A DNA stretch of 64,000 nucleotides from Antedon mediterranea (lineage: Eukaryota > Animalia > Echinodermata): assembly GCF_964355755.1 (NCBI RefSeq), contig NC_092674.1:19716001-19780000 (forward strand), read 5' to 3'. The notes beneath the pieces are model-generated. The model saw only the letters and a list, made by a program, of their open reading frames with translations, searched no databases and had not been told where the DNA came from. Shown one piece after another: positions 12,720 through 26,690 of the stretch (positions are counted from its first letter, which is position 1; every line of letters starts with the position of its first letter). The position numbers were made by a program, and so were the translations under genes.

Positions 12720-15200
12720 TTGGATTGGGAGGGGGGGGGGGGAGGTGAGTTCATGTTTGGTCGATAATATGTTGAACGGAGGGGGTAGGAGGGGGCATGG
12801 TGTCAATGGATATGCCTACATCGTGTGTAACTGTAACAGTGTCCGCCAGAAAGAGCTTTTAAGTGCATCTTTACATTAATTTATATTTACATTTATATGG
12901 ATCAATTACAAATTATAACAGGCAACAGGTACGTTATGATACATAAACATCAGATAAGCCGTTGATTTCATCGCCCAAAAACGTGCCAATATTTGTTATA
13001 ACGTAAAAGATATCCCAACTATCCACTAAAGAGAGAGTTGATTAAATTACAATATTCTGTCACCGAAAAAAATATGATATACATTTAATTTTTTTAATGT
13101 GATAGGCCTACTTCCAGACGGTTAAAAATTATGAGTCTTGACTATACATCGTACCGTTTTTGAATGTCCGTTTAAAAATAGCAGAGAAATGCAGTTTGTT
13201 TTAATATAGGCCTAAAGATATAGGCCTAATATGCAGTTTGTCCACCAGAGAGAGTTTTTGGACGGGCCTAAGTTCTTTTTTAACCAAATAATTTGTCTGG
13301 TTGTGATCGTGTATTTGAGCTTGGATGGGGAGGGGGCGTTAGTTCATGTTTAGTCGATATGTTGAGCGGGGGGCGGGGGTATGGTGTGAAGCCTACACCG
13401 TGTGTAACTGAATTGTCCGCCAGAGAGATTTAAAGGGCATCTTTACATAAATTTGTATTTAGTACATTTATATGGATCAATTACAAATTATAGCAACAGG
13501 TACGTTCTATATAAATATCAGATAAGCCGTTGAATTCATCGCCCAACACGTGCCAATATTTGTTATAACGTAAAAGATAGCCCAACTGTCCACTAGAGAG
13601 AGAGTTTATTGAATAACAATATTCTGTCGAAAAATATATGATATACATTTAATTTTGTTAATGTAATATTTCCAGACGGTGACAAATTTTGTCTTGACTA
13701 TAGGCCTACATATACATTTTTAATGTCCGTCTAAAAATAGCAGAGAAATACAGTTTGTTTTAATATAGATATAGGCCTAATATGCAGTTTGTCCACCAGA
13801 GGGAGTTTTTGGACCTAAGTTCTTTTTTAACTAAATAATTTGTCTGGGTGTGATCGTGTATTTGAGCAAAGGGGGAGGGAGTTCATGTTTGGTCGATATG
13901 TTGAACGGGGGGGGGGGGGGGGGTGATGTATGGTGTGTAGGGATAGGCCTACACCGTGTGTAACCGAATTGTCCGCCAGAGAGAGTTTAAGGGCATCTTT
14001 ACATAAATTTGTATTTTGTACATTATTATGAATCAATTACAAATTATAGCAACAGGTACGTTCTATATAAACATCAGATAAGCCGTTGATTTCATCTCCC
14101 AACAACGTGCCATTATTTGGAATGGAGGGGGCTGGGGGAGGTATAGTGTGAAGGGATAGGCTTACATTTGGCGATATTCTGTCACCGAAAAAAATATGAT
14201 ATAAATTTAATTTTTAAATGTGATACTTCTAGACTGAGACAAGTCTTGACTATACACATACACATCGTACCGTATTTGAATGTCCGTTTAAAAATAGCAG
14301 AGAAATGCAGTTTGTTTTAATATAGATATAGGCCTATGCAGTTTGTCCACCAGGGGGAGTTTTTGGACCTACGTTCTTTTTTAACTAAATAATTTGTCTA
14401 GGTGTGATCGTGTATTTGAGCTTGGATGGGGAGGGGGGGGGGGGGTTCATGTTTGGTCGATAATTGTTGAACGGAGGGGGTGGAAGGGGGTATGGTGTGT
14501 AGAGATAGGCCTACACCGTGTGTAACTTAAGTCTCCGCCAGAGAGAGTTTAAGGGCATCTTTACATTAATGTGTATTTAGTACATTATGGATCAATTACA
14601 AATTATAGCAACAGGTACGTTCTATATAAACATCAGATAAGCCGTTGATTTCATCGCCCAGAAACGTTCCAATATTTGTTATAACGGTAAAGATAGCCAA
14701 ACTGTCCACTAGAGAGAGAGTTTATTGAATTACGATATTTTGAAAAAAATTTGATTTACATTTAATTTTTTAAATGTGATACTTCCAGACTGAGATAAAT
14801 TATGAGTCTTGACTATACATCGTACCGTTTTTTTAATGTCCGTTTAAAAAAGCAGAGAAATACAGTTTGTTTTAATATAGATATAGGCCTAATATGCAGT
14901 TTGTCTACCAGAGTGAGTTTTTGGACCTACGTTCTTAATAATTTGTCTGGGTGTGATCGTGTATTTGAGCATGGATGGGGAGGGGGAGAGAGTTGGTCAA
15001 TATGTTGAACGGAGGGGGAGTGGGATGGTGTGGACGTGAAGGGATAAGCCTACACCTTGTGTAACCGAATTGTCCGCCAGAGAGTGTTTAAGGGCATCTT
15101 TACATACATTTTTATTTTGTACATTTATATGAATCAATTACAAATTATAGCAACAGGTACGTTCTATATAAACATCAGATAAGCCGTTGATGTCATCGCC
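12720..15200. repeat. Tandem array of ~540-600-bp units (~4.5 copies) with poly-G tracts
   Basis: Repeated blocks gttcatgtttggtcgata..., caattacaaattatagcaacaggtacgttctatataaacatcagataagccgttg, gcagagaaatgcagtttgttttaatatag. Confidence 0.92.
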
Positions 15201-15214
15201 TAACCGTTTACGTT

Positions 15215-15745
15215 TATTTATCAATTTAATTTAACGTTGAAATCCAGTCGAATTTGGTTAAAAGGATATGTTTTCAATGTTGAAAAAAGATTGAAAGAGG
15301 TAGTTATAAATTATGCTTTCATGTTTTAACCCCTTTACAGTATTACGTTTCTTTAGCAATCTCTTTTCAACGTTAATTTAACGTTAAAATCGAGTTGGCA
15401 TTTTTGGTTAAAATGACAACATGTTTTCATCATTGAATAAAGGTTGAAATTATGTTTTCATGTTTTAACTCCATTACAGTATTACGTTTCTATATCAATC
15501 TCATTTCAACGATAATTTAACGTTATAATCGAGCTGGCTTTTGGTTAAAATGGCAACATGATTTGAATTGAACATTGTGTTACATTTATAACACAATATA
15601 ATGTTAACGTTAATTCAACGTTAAAATCCATTTGGCATTTTTGGTTAAAATGACAAAAATTTTTCAACATTGAATAAAGGTTGAAATTACATTGTGTTAA
15701 CGCCATTATTACGTTTGTTTTTCAATATTATTTCAACGTTAAGAT
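15215..15745. repeat. Degenerate ~120-140-bp repeats rich in ttcaacgtt / ggttaaaatgacaac
   Basis: Four imperfect copies of aatttaacgttaaaatc...ttggttaaaatg... Confidence 0.7.
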
Positions 15746-16711
15746 GTATTGTCCCTTTGACTAATTCAACAAAATAAATTTATTTAAAAAAATTAATATT
15801 TCGAAAAAAAGTTGGTCATTTTGAAGTATCATAATAGTTATTAACTTTCACCAAAAATTAGTCGAAAAAAGTTGATTTAAAATTAAAACAAAACAGTAGA
15901 CACATTATGAATATTTTCATAACCCAAAGTTATCCATTTTTAAACTTAACCTTATTTTTGCATGCAGATGTCATTTGTCCATTCGTCTACAAGCCTTTCG
16001 TTTTACTATTACAAATGTCTTAATTAAATGCACTGTGTTGAAGGGTGCAGTATGTTTGAATTTACAGTTTGTCTGTAATATTTCTGCTACAGTATTCTGT
16101 AGTATTTTGAAAGATATGCTACTTAAATTAGGTTGTATTTAAAACAATAATCATAATAAAGGTTACATTGGTTAAACATTAAATTATTACCCGAACCTTA
16201 CTTTCTTTAAAAAAAATACAAATAATAAGTCAATCTATCAATATTCATTATAGTTTGCTCCTATGGAATTTATAAATTATATCTTATGTTTATGAAGTCT
16301 TTTTTATGTTTTACATTGTAATGTTTAATGTCTTTTGGAAACTCACCAGACCAAAAATCCTTTTTTTTAGATTCCACACATCATTTTTAACAAGGCTTTT
16401 TCTTGTAATTTGTTTTATAAAATTGTATGTACTGTGAAACAATAAAAATGATATGAAAAATTAATATGATTTTGAAATTATGAAGAATCAGATATACAGT
16501 AATTCGGTAAATAATGGCCAATGTAGTACACAGTAGTATAACAATAACAGTATAATAATGCTGCGCAGGATAAAGCTATGCTAGTTAATAATACTAGTAT
16601 TATATGCAAAGGATGGCCACCGGCGACGGTTTTCAGCCGTTCCTACAATACGGACAATGCAGTTATTTTTTAGGCCTACGTTGTGTGATGTCTAGCATTA
16701 ATTTGTTTGTT

Positions 16712-17312
16712 TTAAAGCTCAGGTACAGGCATGAATTTTAAATAAAATATTTGGTTAATTGTACATAAATCAAATATTTGTAACAGAAATCAAGATGAAA
16801 AAACATGAATTTCCCTTAATATGGTCAAATACAAAATTTTGTAAAATTCTTCTATAAAAACCAAAAAGACTTTTTTCAGTAGTTAGGTAGTTAACCTAAT
16901 GTAATAACATGTCTGGTGACTCCCTAGAAGGTGAAAAACGGTGGTGGATATACGGTGGATAATTTTTGCTATAGCATGAAAATAAAAATCTGAAGTTGAA
17001 TAAAAATACCAGAAATGTAATATTCAAGTTATATTACCTATATTTAGTCATCTGATAACATTTTTTACCACACCGTTTATTTTTCATAGCTTTTTAAAAT
17101 GCCTCTCTATTTACAAAATTTGTGTACAAAAGAATAGAGATTTTACTGTGTAATTTGAACTATCCCCCCACTGATAAGAAAGTGCTTATTTTCAACAAGC
17201 TCGTGTAACACAAATAAAATCCCAAAAATTATGAAACATAGGGGAAACTATAGATCGATAATTATTGGAATGTATGATCAATAGAAATTTTTTGCCCGCA
17301 CCTGGCCTTTAA
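16712..17312. mobile_element. MITE with TTAA flanks (Kolobok-like)
   Basis: Left ttaaAGCTCAGGTACAGGCATGAATTT vs reverse complement of right end ttaaAGGCCAGGTGCGGGCAAAAAATTT. Confidence 0.6.
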
Positions 17313-18652
17313 GGTTGTTATAGTTTTGATGTTATTTTTTAATGTATTCATCATGTGGAGATCTAAGATGGGATAAACGACCTGCAAGAAACAGGTTAGA
17401 TTCACAGAATATTCTACTGATAAAAATATTGTATATAAAAACCGAACAGAAAAAATTCGATATACAAAACACCTCGGATTATGGTCTATCAAACTGCCAT
17501 TTGGATATGTCGACGCAACTCTAGGAAAAGTGACGCTTTAGTAACGCAATTTACTTACAGAAACAAAGTACATATAATTTTTCCCTCTAAAAAAATGGTA
17601 TCGTCAGGAATATGTTCCCCCTGGCAGACATTACAGAAACAAAGTACAGATATTTTCCCTTTTAAAAAAATGGTATCGTCGAGAATATGTTCCCCTGGCG
17701 GACATACCGCCTGGCAGACATACCGCATGGCGGACAGTCTGCAGCAGGATCTCTATCGTTTTATCGAACTTGAAAACTAACCAAAATATTCAGTCCCCAC
17801 ACCATTGACACGGCAAGGCCTAGGTTTACTCTTGGCCTAGGCTATAGGCCTAGTGGATATAGGTAGGCATCCTACTAGGCTAGGCCTACTAACCATAAAG
17901 ATATTCTCTATGTACTCACTAGCCTAAGCAAGGTAGGTTAATAAAGATATCACCTCGGTCACGTTTCATTTTTGATGAAATGGGGAACGTCCCTCAGGCT
18001 AATTAATAATAATAAATATTAGTTACTACGGAAATTTTCTGTCTCTGAGATGGCCAATTTTATTTATTGTTTTTATTGATTTTTCTTTTGATTCTAATTA
18101 TTTTTGTCATATATATTTTATTTTGTTAATTTTTATAAATTCTATTTAAATTGTCAAATTATATTTTTTGTTAAGGTCCCAAATGATCATCTGCTGGGCT
18201 GGATGATGGACCACCAGCCCTCATATTCATTAATATTTTGAAATATAATAAAACAAACCAACAAAATCCCTGCTTTCCATGTTTCTCTGATCTTGTGAAC
18301 ATCAAAATACAGCGTGGAACGTGGCCTTTCGTTTTCATTCAAATTGTATTATGCTATTAGTAGTATGCTATTAGTATGCTCAGAACATGCACCTGGCTAT
18401 ACAGAATGTTTTTTACATCAGGTGTAAAAAACTACTGGCATTTTCTATTTCTTATGGAAGTTTTTTGTCAGGACTACTGAAATAATTAACAACACTCTAG
18501 CATTGTCATCTCGACTATAAGTAATACAATAATTTGTATATGCTCAATAAACATACATGCCTATAACCTCTAGGCCTATTGAGTAAAAACTTCATTCAAC
18601 CACATACTGGTTATGCGCAAATTGAGTTACCGTAGTGTTTACCAGATTTCGA

Positions 18653-19835
18653 TCCAAGTCGGCCCTAAACCGTCTCGGCCAAAGTCAAGTCGGCCCCAAG
18701 TCAAGTCGGCCCCAAGTCAAGTCGGCCCCAAGTCAACTGGGCCTCAAGTCAACTCGGCCTCAAGTCAACTCGGCCTCAAGTCAACTCGGCCTCAAGTCAA
18801 CTCGGCCTCAAGTCAACTCGGCCTCAAGTCAACTCGGCCCTCAAGTCAACTCGGCCCTCAAGTCAACTCGGCCCTCAAGTCAACTCGGCCCTCAAGTCAA
18901 CTCGGCCCTCAAGTCAACTCGGCCCTCAAGTCAACTCGGCCCTCAAGTCAACTCGGCCCTCAAGTCAACTCGGCCCTCAAGTCAACTCGGCCCTCAAGTC
19001 AACTCGGCCCTCAAGTCAACTCGGCCCTCAAGTCAACTCGCCCTCAAGTCAACTCGCCCTCAAGTCAAATCGGCCTCAAGTCAAATCGGCCTCAAGTCAA
19101 ATCGGCCTCACGTCAACTCGGCCAAAAAATAATCGATCAACTCGGCCCCGTTAAAGTATGGAACGCAAAAAGTGCAAATGAAGAGGATTGATAAAATAAT
19201 ATTTCTTCACAATTTTTTAACTATGAATAATTCTGACTTTTAATGAATATTAATATTTAGACAATAATATATTTAGCAAAAAAAATAGGAATGATTTCAC
19301 CAACTTTCCTTTATTTACGTTTAATAAAATTTCAAATTGCACAATTGAAAACAATTCGGAGCTGCGCCTCCCTGCGCGTTTGGCAGCTTTTTCGATATCT
19401 ACAACTGCTACGTGTTTTCGCTGACCGGGGGATTCCCCTTTTTTAAAAACACAAATAATGGACAAAAAGATGTACGATCATTTTTTCTACGGCCAAGTGG
19501 TGGAACGTAGGCCTCCGTCTTCGATTTACTAAAATGCGGTACCTGCACGTGTTTTTGTAACACGCGCGGGTACTTCTATTCATATCGGCAATGAGTTCAT
19601 TTTTTTTATATGATATTATTTAATTATATTATATTTTTTATTTCTTCATTTTTTTAAAAGTGTGGATAGTAAGAATCATAATATTAAGCACTTTCTGCGT
19701 TCCATACTTTATTGTGACCGAGTTGACCGATTAGTTTTTGGCCGAGTTGACTTGAGGCCGAGTTGACTTGGGGCCAACTTGACGTGGGCCCGACTTGACG
19801 TGGGGCCGCGACGGTTTGGGGCCGACTTGACCTGC
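18653..19835. mobile_element. Foldback-type element whose TIRs consist of 17-20-bp subrepeats (caagtcaactcggccct), expanded to ~25 copies on the left arm
   Basis: Left arm 18653-19200 and right arm 19685-19830 are reverse complements (caagtcggcc.taaaccg / cggtttggggccgacttg; aaagtatggaacgca / tgcgttccatacttt). Confidence 0.85.
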
Positions 19836-20328
19836 ACCCGTTTACCAACCGACTGACCAACCGACCGACATACACTAAGCCCCTTTCTCACATATGTGTA
19901 TTATGCTGGCGTCGTGCCGGTATCGTTACCGGCATATACCCATTCTCATCGGACTATCGTGCCAGAAATATAACCGGTATATACCGGCTTTCTGTGAGGA
20001 AGGAGTTGGGCATATTCGGCCAATAAAAAGTCTCTAATTATTGAGGGCGTCCTTTATTTTTTTTGTCTAGCGATATTTGATATGCCTGCACTTATGATTC
20101 TGCGCTTCTTCATGGGAATACAATTTTTCATCATAATCTTGAATACTAGTATTAAAATAAAAGACTGTTTAGTATTCCCTTTTTGTTTTCTTCTATTCAA
20201 ATAAATAACAAAATAATAATTCATTTTAATAATTATTCCATTTTGTCCTGTAAAAGAGTTAGTTATTATTCTATTAGTATGCATCTGTGCAGTAATAATT
20301 GTTTTTGTTTTTTCAGGAGCTGTAAGAT

Positions 20329-23300
20329 ATGAATCTTGCAATTTGTTCTCGGTGCCAAGAGGGCTTCCAACAGGATGAGAGAATAGTGAACTCGCATGGC
20401 CAAGTCTGGCATGAAGCATGTTTTGTGTGAGTATATTATTACCATCCTATTTTCTATTGAAATTATTTTCTTTATTATATCTTTATTATGGTAAAAAGTA
20501 ATGTTTTTAAATAAAAATTACTACCGTATATTTCGGTGTATAAGTCGCACTTTTGACACGCAAATTTGACCTCAAAATTAAGGGTGCGTCTTATACACTG
20601 AACATTATGCCTCACACCACACAGATTGTAGCCTACATATCGTCACCTCGTTGGCTAGGCCTAGGCTAGCTACAGTGTACTAACGTAACGGCAACCTGCT
20701 TCTGCCTAGTTTTCAAGGAATTTTATTTTTAGCGTGATGTTATACTAAATATGATGAAAAGATTTGTTCATTATGGAGCTGTTTTAGGTGCTCCGATAAA
20801 ATTTCATTTGTAAACGTTTACGATTTGAATAGGCCTAGCCTACTAGGCCTAGTATTTATTTATAGTTATACGCACGATCGCCGACCGCCGTACCCCCAGC
20901 GCAAGCCCTTCTTGGCGGCCACATAGTAGGTATTGATTATAGCATGGACCTAGCGTATACACTTCTCGGATACATAGATACTAATCGAATACAATTGTCC
21001 GTGAAAACGTGCGCCCTCTCGAAATGATTGAGCGAGGCTAGCCCACACACGTGCGCGTTACACACACGGTCATGCGCTCGATGTTGCGGCGAAACTCATG
21101 AATAACAAGTTAGAAAGAACTTGTTGAGGCTGGGCGCGGCCGAGCCTACTGTAGGTAAGAAAAACCCTAAATTAAGGACTCCGTTGTAGATATAACAATA
21201 TATTATTACAATAATATTGATTACAATTTTTAAAAAAAACATTGTTTTGATGAAATATAAAGTGCGTCTTATACATCGACGATATAAAAAATACCGATAT
21301 TTTACTCTCAGTTAGGGGGTGCGTCTTATACACAGGTGCGACTTATACACCGTTTCAGTACATCCAAAATTCAATACGTATACAGTTTAAATGCTGAAGT
21401 ACAACTTAGGTGTACATTTTTTTTTAAAATCTATTCTCCCAGATCTTATTAATGTAAGTTTTGTTTACTCTAATGAACTCCTTAATAAATATTATTTATT
21501 TTGTTGAAAACCCTTATCCACAAGTACAAAGGTGAAAATATTATCATTTTATTTTTTTCAATTTTAAATATCGGCACAGTACAGTCAGTACAGTAGGAGT
21601 TATTTTTAGCAAGACTATACATGTATGTGTAATGCAAGATCGGCTATTAAAACAATCTTACCGACCGACTTTGTTGCTTGTTTTAATTTTGTGGGAAAGA
21701 ATTTTGATAGTGTTTTGTTTAAACCCATATTGATATAACCGACACCATACTTTAAACAAAATCGTTCATGCCCACAAACAGTACATTTACACCATCGGAG
21801 TTGATTTTATGCATGAAGCTGATTAAAAATGTTAATAATTATTGTGTTGTTTTTTTCAGTTGTGCTCAGTGTTTTATGCCCTTTCCTGATGGTGTTTTCT
21901 TTGAGGTTTGTACTTTTTTGGTTTTGTTTTGTTAATTTTATTTTAAATATGTTTACTGTAGAATTAGTTACCACCCTTTATCTACAACAACTGTGGCTTG
22001 GTTGGGTTTTTTTTTGTTTAGAGAGCTTCAAATATAAATGAATAAAAATTATACAAAAATGTGTAATTATGGAATTTGAAAACATATAAAGAAATAATAG
22101 ATTTCACTAAATAAAATATCAAATAGGACAAAATATATAATAAGTTTATTTTTCTACGATTAGACCTGACTAAAACTTTAAAAAGCAAATTCAAATAAAA
22201 GTGATGTTCAGAATATACAGACTGAAATTTTTCAAATATTGGTTAGTATAATCAGAGGTCATAATACTAATCTCTTTTAACTTTTTAAGTCTGTATATAT
22301 TGCTTTCAGTTTGAGGGGCGCAAGTATTGTGAACATGACTTCCAGATGCTATTTGCTCCATGCTGTGGTAAATGCAGTAAGTACAAAGGTTGAAGTGCAA
22401 ATTAATATCTTAAGGCTTTTATGCACATGGATGATAAACATTCATTTTCATATACAGGCCTATACACATCTACAAGAAAAAAGAAGAGTTTAATCTGTTT
22501 CATTTTTCATTTTCAATTATATTAATGAATTTAACAATATGCCAGTTGTTGTGTACCTTTTCCTTGAGAACATAACCAAATTTTTATTTTTTGTAGGTGA
22601 ATTTGTTATAGGGCGTGTCATTAAGGCTATGAACAACAACTGGCATGTTAAGTGCTTTATGTGTGCTACATGTGATGTTGAGTTGGCTGATCTTGGCTTT
22701 GTTAAGAACAAGGGCAGGTAAGAATTCTAGCTCTTGTGCATTATACTAGAAGATCCACTGAATAAGTGTAACTCAAAGGAGACAAAACACATTTTGGGAA
22801 TTCAATTTTAAGAATCCATACAACATACTGTATATACAAAAGTGTCGCAAAAAGCAGGAAATTAATTCAAATATCAAATAGATTGAAACGAAAAAATGTG
22901 TTTTGTCTCTTTATTTGGAGTTTACATAATAAATAATAAAAAAAAAAAACAATGATGTTTTGCACTGTTTCCATGGCAGAGAAACACTAAGTTTTGCAGC
23001 AATGTAATTTCTTAAGGTCTGATATGTAGGTACTGTAACCTTTATGTAAGAGGTCAACTTGTCTCAGAAATTCATCTATTGAATTATAAATAGGAATTCC
23101 AATTTTCTTAGGTTATGTTTATTGACTAAAAAAAGTGTATTGATATTTATTACAGAGCTCTATGCAAACCATGTCACTTGAAGGAAAAGGCTGCCAGTAA
23201 GTTTGTCTTACCAATTTTACAGTACCTTGCTGATATTATATCAGTCACACCGGCATATAACCTATCTTTTCTATAAAGCTGCCATGGTGTATTTTAATCC

Positions 23301-26300
23301 ACCAATGATTGTAATAATCAATATTGCTATAATTAAGTATATCTATATTTATGTTTACTAAGTATACACACCTGCCTTTACTTAACCCAATTCCATGTTT
23401 ACATTTCGACCTTTTTATTTTTCGATAAACCTGGTTACTATAGCATATATGACATGCACTGAACCCATTATTCGACTCTGCGTATTATACTATTAAGTAA
23501 CCATTTATGTCAAAAAATAAAATGGTCGATAATTGGCCATTTTTCGATAAAACATAAACTAAACTTACGTTACACACACACTATTTAAACACTAATTTTT
23601 CCAAGCTTCTGAACTGAGACTTGTAAAAGGAAAAACAGTTTTATGTGTATTTATTTAGAATAAAAGTCTATACTGCCTGAAGCTATTCATGTTCTCAACA
23701 CTTTTAAAAGTTGATTACTAAAAAATAGATTGTTAAATGTTACATTTTCAATTAAATGAACAAAAGAATTGATAATAATTTTATTTTTATAGGTAGCGGA
23801 AAACATATCTGCTTCAAATGCCAGTAAGTATTGTTACAAATATTATTTTGAATTTTACATTGATATACATGTTCAATATTTGTATATCATTTCTTTTATA
23901 TATATTGAAACTTTCATTTTATTTATAGTTCCATCATTGAAGATGGCCCAATCAAGTTTAAAATGGAATATTATCATCCATACCATTTTAATTGTACAAA
24001 CTGTGGGTAAGTAGATACTGAAAATAACTGACAATTTTCCTTTAGTGTTTGTGTGTAGATACTGTGAATGTCCAGGTTGTAAAAGACTGTTTCTTTTATA
24101 CTTTGTATAAATAAGAAGAGAAATCAGTTGTCATCATTTTCTAGAAAATTGTTTTTACTTTTTGTTGTTATTATTTAAATAAAGGGAGGAGTTGACAGCA
24201 AGTGCGCGTGAGTTGCGAGGTGAACTTTACTGCTTACCATGTCATGACAAGATGGGAATTCCAATCTGTAGTGCTTGCCATCGTCCAATTGAGGAACGTA
24301 TTGTCACTGCTCTCGGAAAACAGTGGCATGTTGAGGTCAGTTTTACCTTAAATTTTGTCCCAACTGACATGTTGTGAGTATTGGTATATTTTCAACCATT
24401 TTCCATGCAACAATCTTTTTTTATAGAGGGTACATATCTGAAATAATGTTGACATTTATTTTTTATGTCGATCACCATACATCATCATACTTTGTATTAT
24501 TTGTTAATAGATTATAACCAAAGTCAGTAATCTATAGATAGTCACAAAGGGCCCATATTACATGCGTATGATGGTTGATATCAATTGCTTGTAAAACTTT
24601 ACGCCTGGCTGGACAAGGACACTGCTCGCTCGAAACTCGAGCACTTGATCACTCGACAGACACGATAAAAGCAGCAGAGTTTCGCGTGTGGGAATGTGTA
24701 GCTTGTTGGATTTCTGGTTGCAGACCTCCGTGTAAAGCGCTACCAATGGCTGTGGTATATTAACTGCAAATTAATTGGATTGATCCCAATACATTTTTAT
24801 ATACACTATGTCAATTGTACACTATTGTTTTTTCATCATTATCATTCTTAATTCCCATCATTGTCTTTGGTATTCTTTATATTTTATTACTTTTGTTGCT
24901 ATCATCACCAGCTTTATTAACATTTGTAATCCCATTTATTGTTGTTCTTTTTTAGCATTTTGTATGCGCTATATGTGAGAAACCTTTCTTAGGTCACAAA
25001 CATTACGAACGCAAGGGCAAAGCGTATTGTGAAACTCACTTTAACACTCTATTTGGCAACATTTGTTTCCACTGCAACAAAGCTATTACAGGAGAAGGTT
25101 AGTAGAGATTTGTTCAATTTAATTTATTTTGGATTGCACAATATAAACAATAATAAAAAAGAAAGAAAGCAACACATTTTCATATAACAATGATAACCAT
25201 TATTGATTTGATTGCCTTATTTGAGTAGGCATAAATGAATAATTAGTCAGTTAAGATATTTCAATCTTTTCATTTTCTATTCAACATTGTACAAATGATG
25301 GTTGAAGTTAAATCAAAACTATCAATTCTTTTGTTACTTTTTAAAATATATTATTATTATTATTATTATTATTCCAGTAATTTACTTTTATGCTTACTTC
25401 GTAAAATGGAGAAAAATTATTTACATTCATATTCGCCATTTTCCCCTAAATTTTGATATTAAAGTGCTCCCCATATTCTGCTTTCAATTAAGTATAATAA
25501 TGAAATATGTACTTTTTCTTGATATTTGTTTGATTTCTGTGTTTTGTTTTAAAGTAATGTGTACAATGAACAAGTCGTGGTGTGAAGAACATTTCTTCTG
25601 CAGTTGCTGTGAAACATTAATGAATGCAAGGTATGATTATTCTGTTATATATATAGGGCCAAACTTGATCATACTTGTTTGACATTAGAACCTTTGTTTT
25701 ACGTACCCTGATTTTACGTTCCCTTGATTTTACGTACGCTTAAAATTACCGACATAATTTTCTTACATTGAGGCCGCAATTGAACAACAACAAAGCACAA
25801 AGCCATGGCTGTGTGAGGAACTCATGTGCATTCCTCCACAGCAGCGACTGTTTTTATTGATAGAAAATCGAACATTGATATTTTTTATGACACTTTATAT
25901 AAACATCGCACAGCCTGTATATATACTGTACATTCTAGTTAGGCCTCACATCTTGCTAGGCCGCTAGCCTGGCCTAGATTAGTCTAGGAAAGGCCTAGCT
26001 AATTTAGTGACCTGCATGCTGTACAAAGTAGGCAAACATGGCAGCTTTTTTAGCTACGATCTACATATTTTGGGGTCAATTTAAGGTCAACCTAGATTTT
26101 ACGAATCCCATGTATTACGCATGCCTTTCGGTCCCATACCGTATGTAAATGAAGTTTCTACTGTACTTAACATTCTTGGAACAGAAGGTATTTCATTATT
26201 CAAGGCACTATAATACTGATTTTCAAATCTTTGTATTGAATTGCATTACTATATATTTGTTTTAATTATCGGATGGTTGCTTCTGCGAGCTAATCAATTT

Positions 26301-26690
26301 ATGTAAAAAAGTGCCATTTGTATTTTTGTGTTATATTGTCAAATTTGAAATGTTTCTAATAAAAAAACTAATATTATTGATGACATCACAATGATGTGTC
26401 AGGACTTACAAAAGTTGGATAGCTCTCAAAAAGCAGATTTTATATAATTTACTGATATAAACTACTTTAAAAATTGTAAAACAATCACCGTTTACTCAAA
26501 ATGTATAATAATATGAATCTACAGTATTGATAAATGTTCTTTTTGTTATGTTTATCATTTCAGATCCAAATTCATTGAGTTTGACTTAAAACCAGTCTGC
26601 AAAAAGTGCTATGATAAATTTCCCAATGAACTGAAACGAAGACAGAAAAAGATAGAAGAACACAGCAAGAAGTTTGGAAAAGAAAAATAA
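20329..26690 (+). CDS. LIMS1: PINCH / LIM and senescent cell antigen-like protein (five LIM domains; ILK-PINCH-parvin complex). Exons 20329-20426, 21860-21905, 22310-22376, 22597-22717, 23156-23196, 23793-23823, 23929-24006, 24185-24335, 24956-25097, 25555-25630, 26564-26690
   Basis: Spliced translation [70 protein letters not shown]...[12 protein letters not shown]...[65 protein letters not shown]...[25 protein letters not shown] is typical of PINCH. All introns are GT-AG with consistent phase. Confidence 0.97.
20522..21352. mobile_element. Tc1/mariner (pogo/Tc2-like) MITE in PINCH intron
   Basis: TIR taccgtatatttcggtgtataagtcgcac ... gtgcgacttatacaccg with repeated gtgcgtcttatacac subterminal motifs. 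Confidence 0.8.
25688..26165. mobile_element. Decayed Tigger/pogo-like MITE
   Basis: Starts tagaacctttgttttacgtacc with repeated gattttacg motifs and ends gtaaatgaagtttctactgta (imperfect TIR). Confidence 0.5.

Larger units (their letters stand above)
11960..17746. mobile_element. ~5.8-kb composite non-autonomous element bounded by 31-bp inverted repeats
   Basis: tgctgcagactgtccgccatgcggtatgtct (11960-11990) is the exact reverse complement of 17716-17746; the internal arrays reuse the tgtccgcca motif. Confidence 0.65.

Noticed and set aside
18613-19191. 192-aa and 165-aa S/Q/P-rich ORFs
   Set aside because: Produced by the 17-20-bp TIR subrepeats; open in several frames with no splice or domain support.
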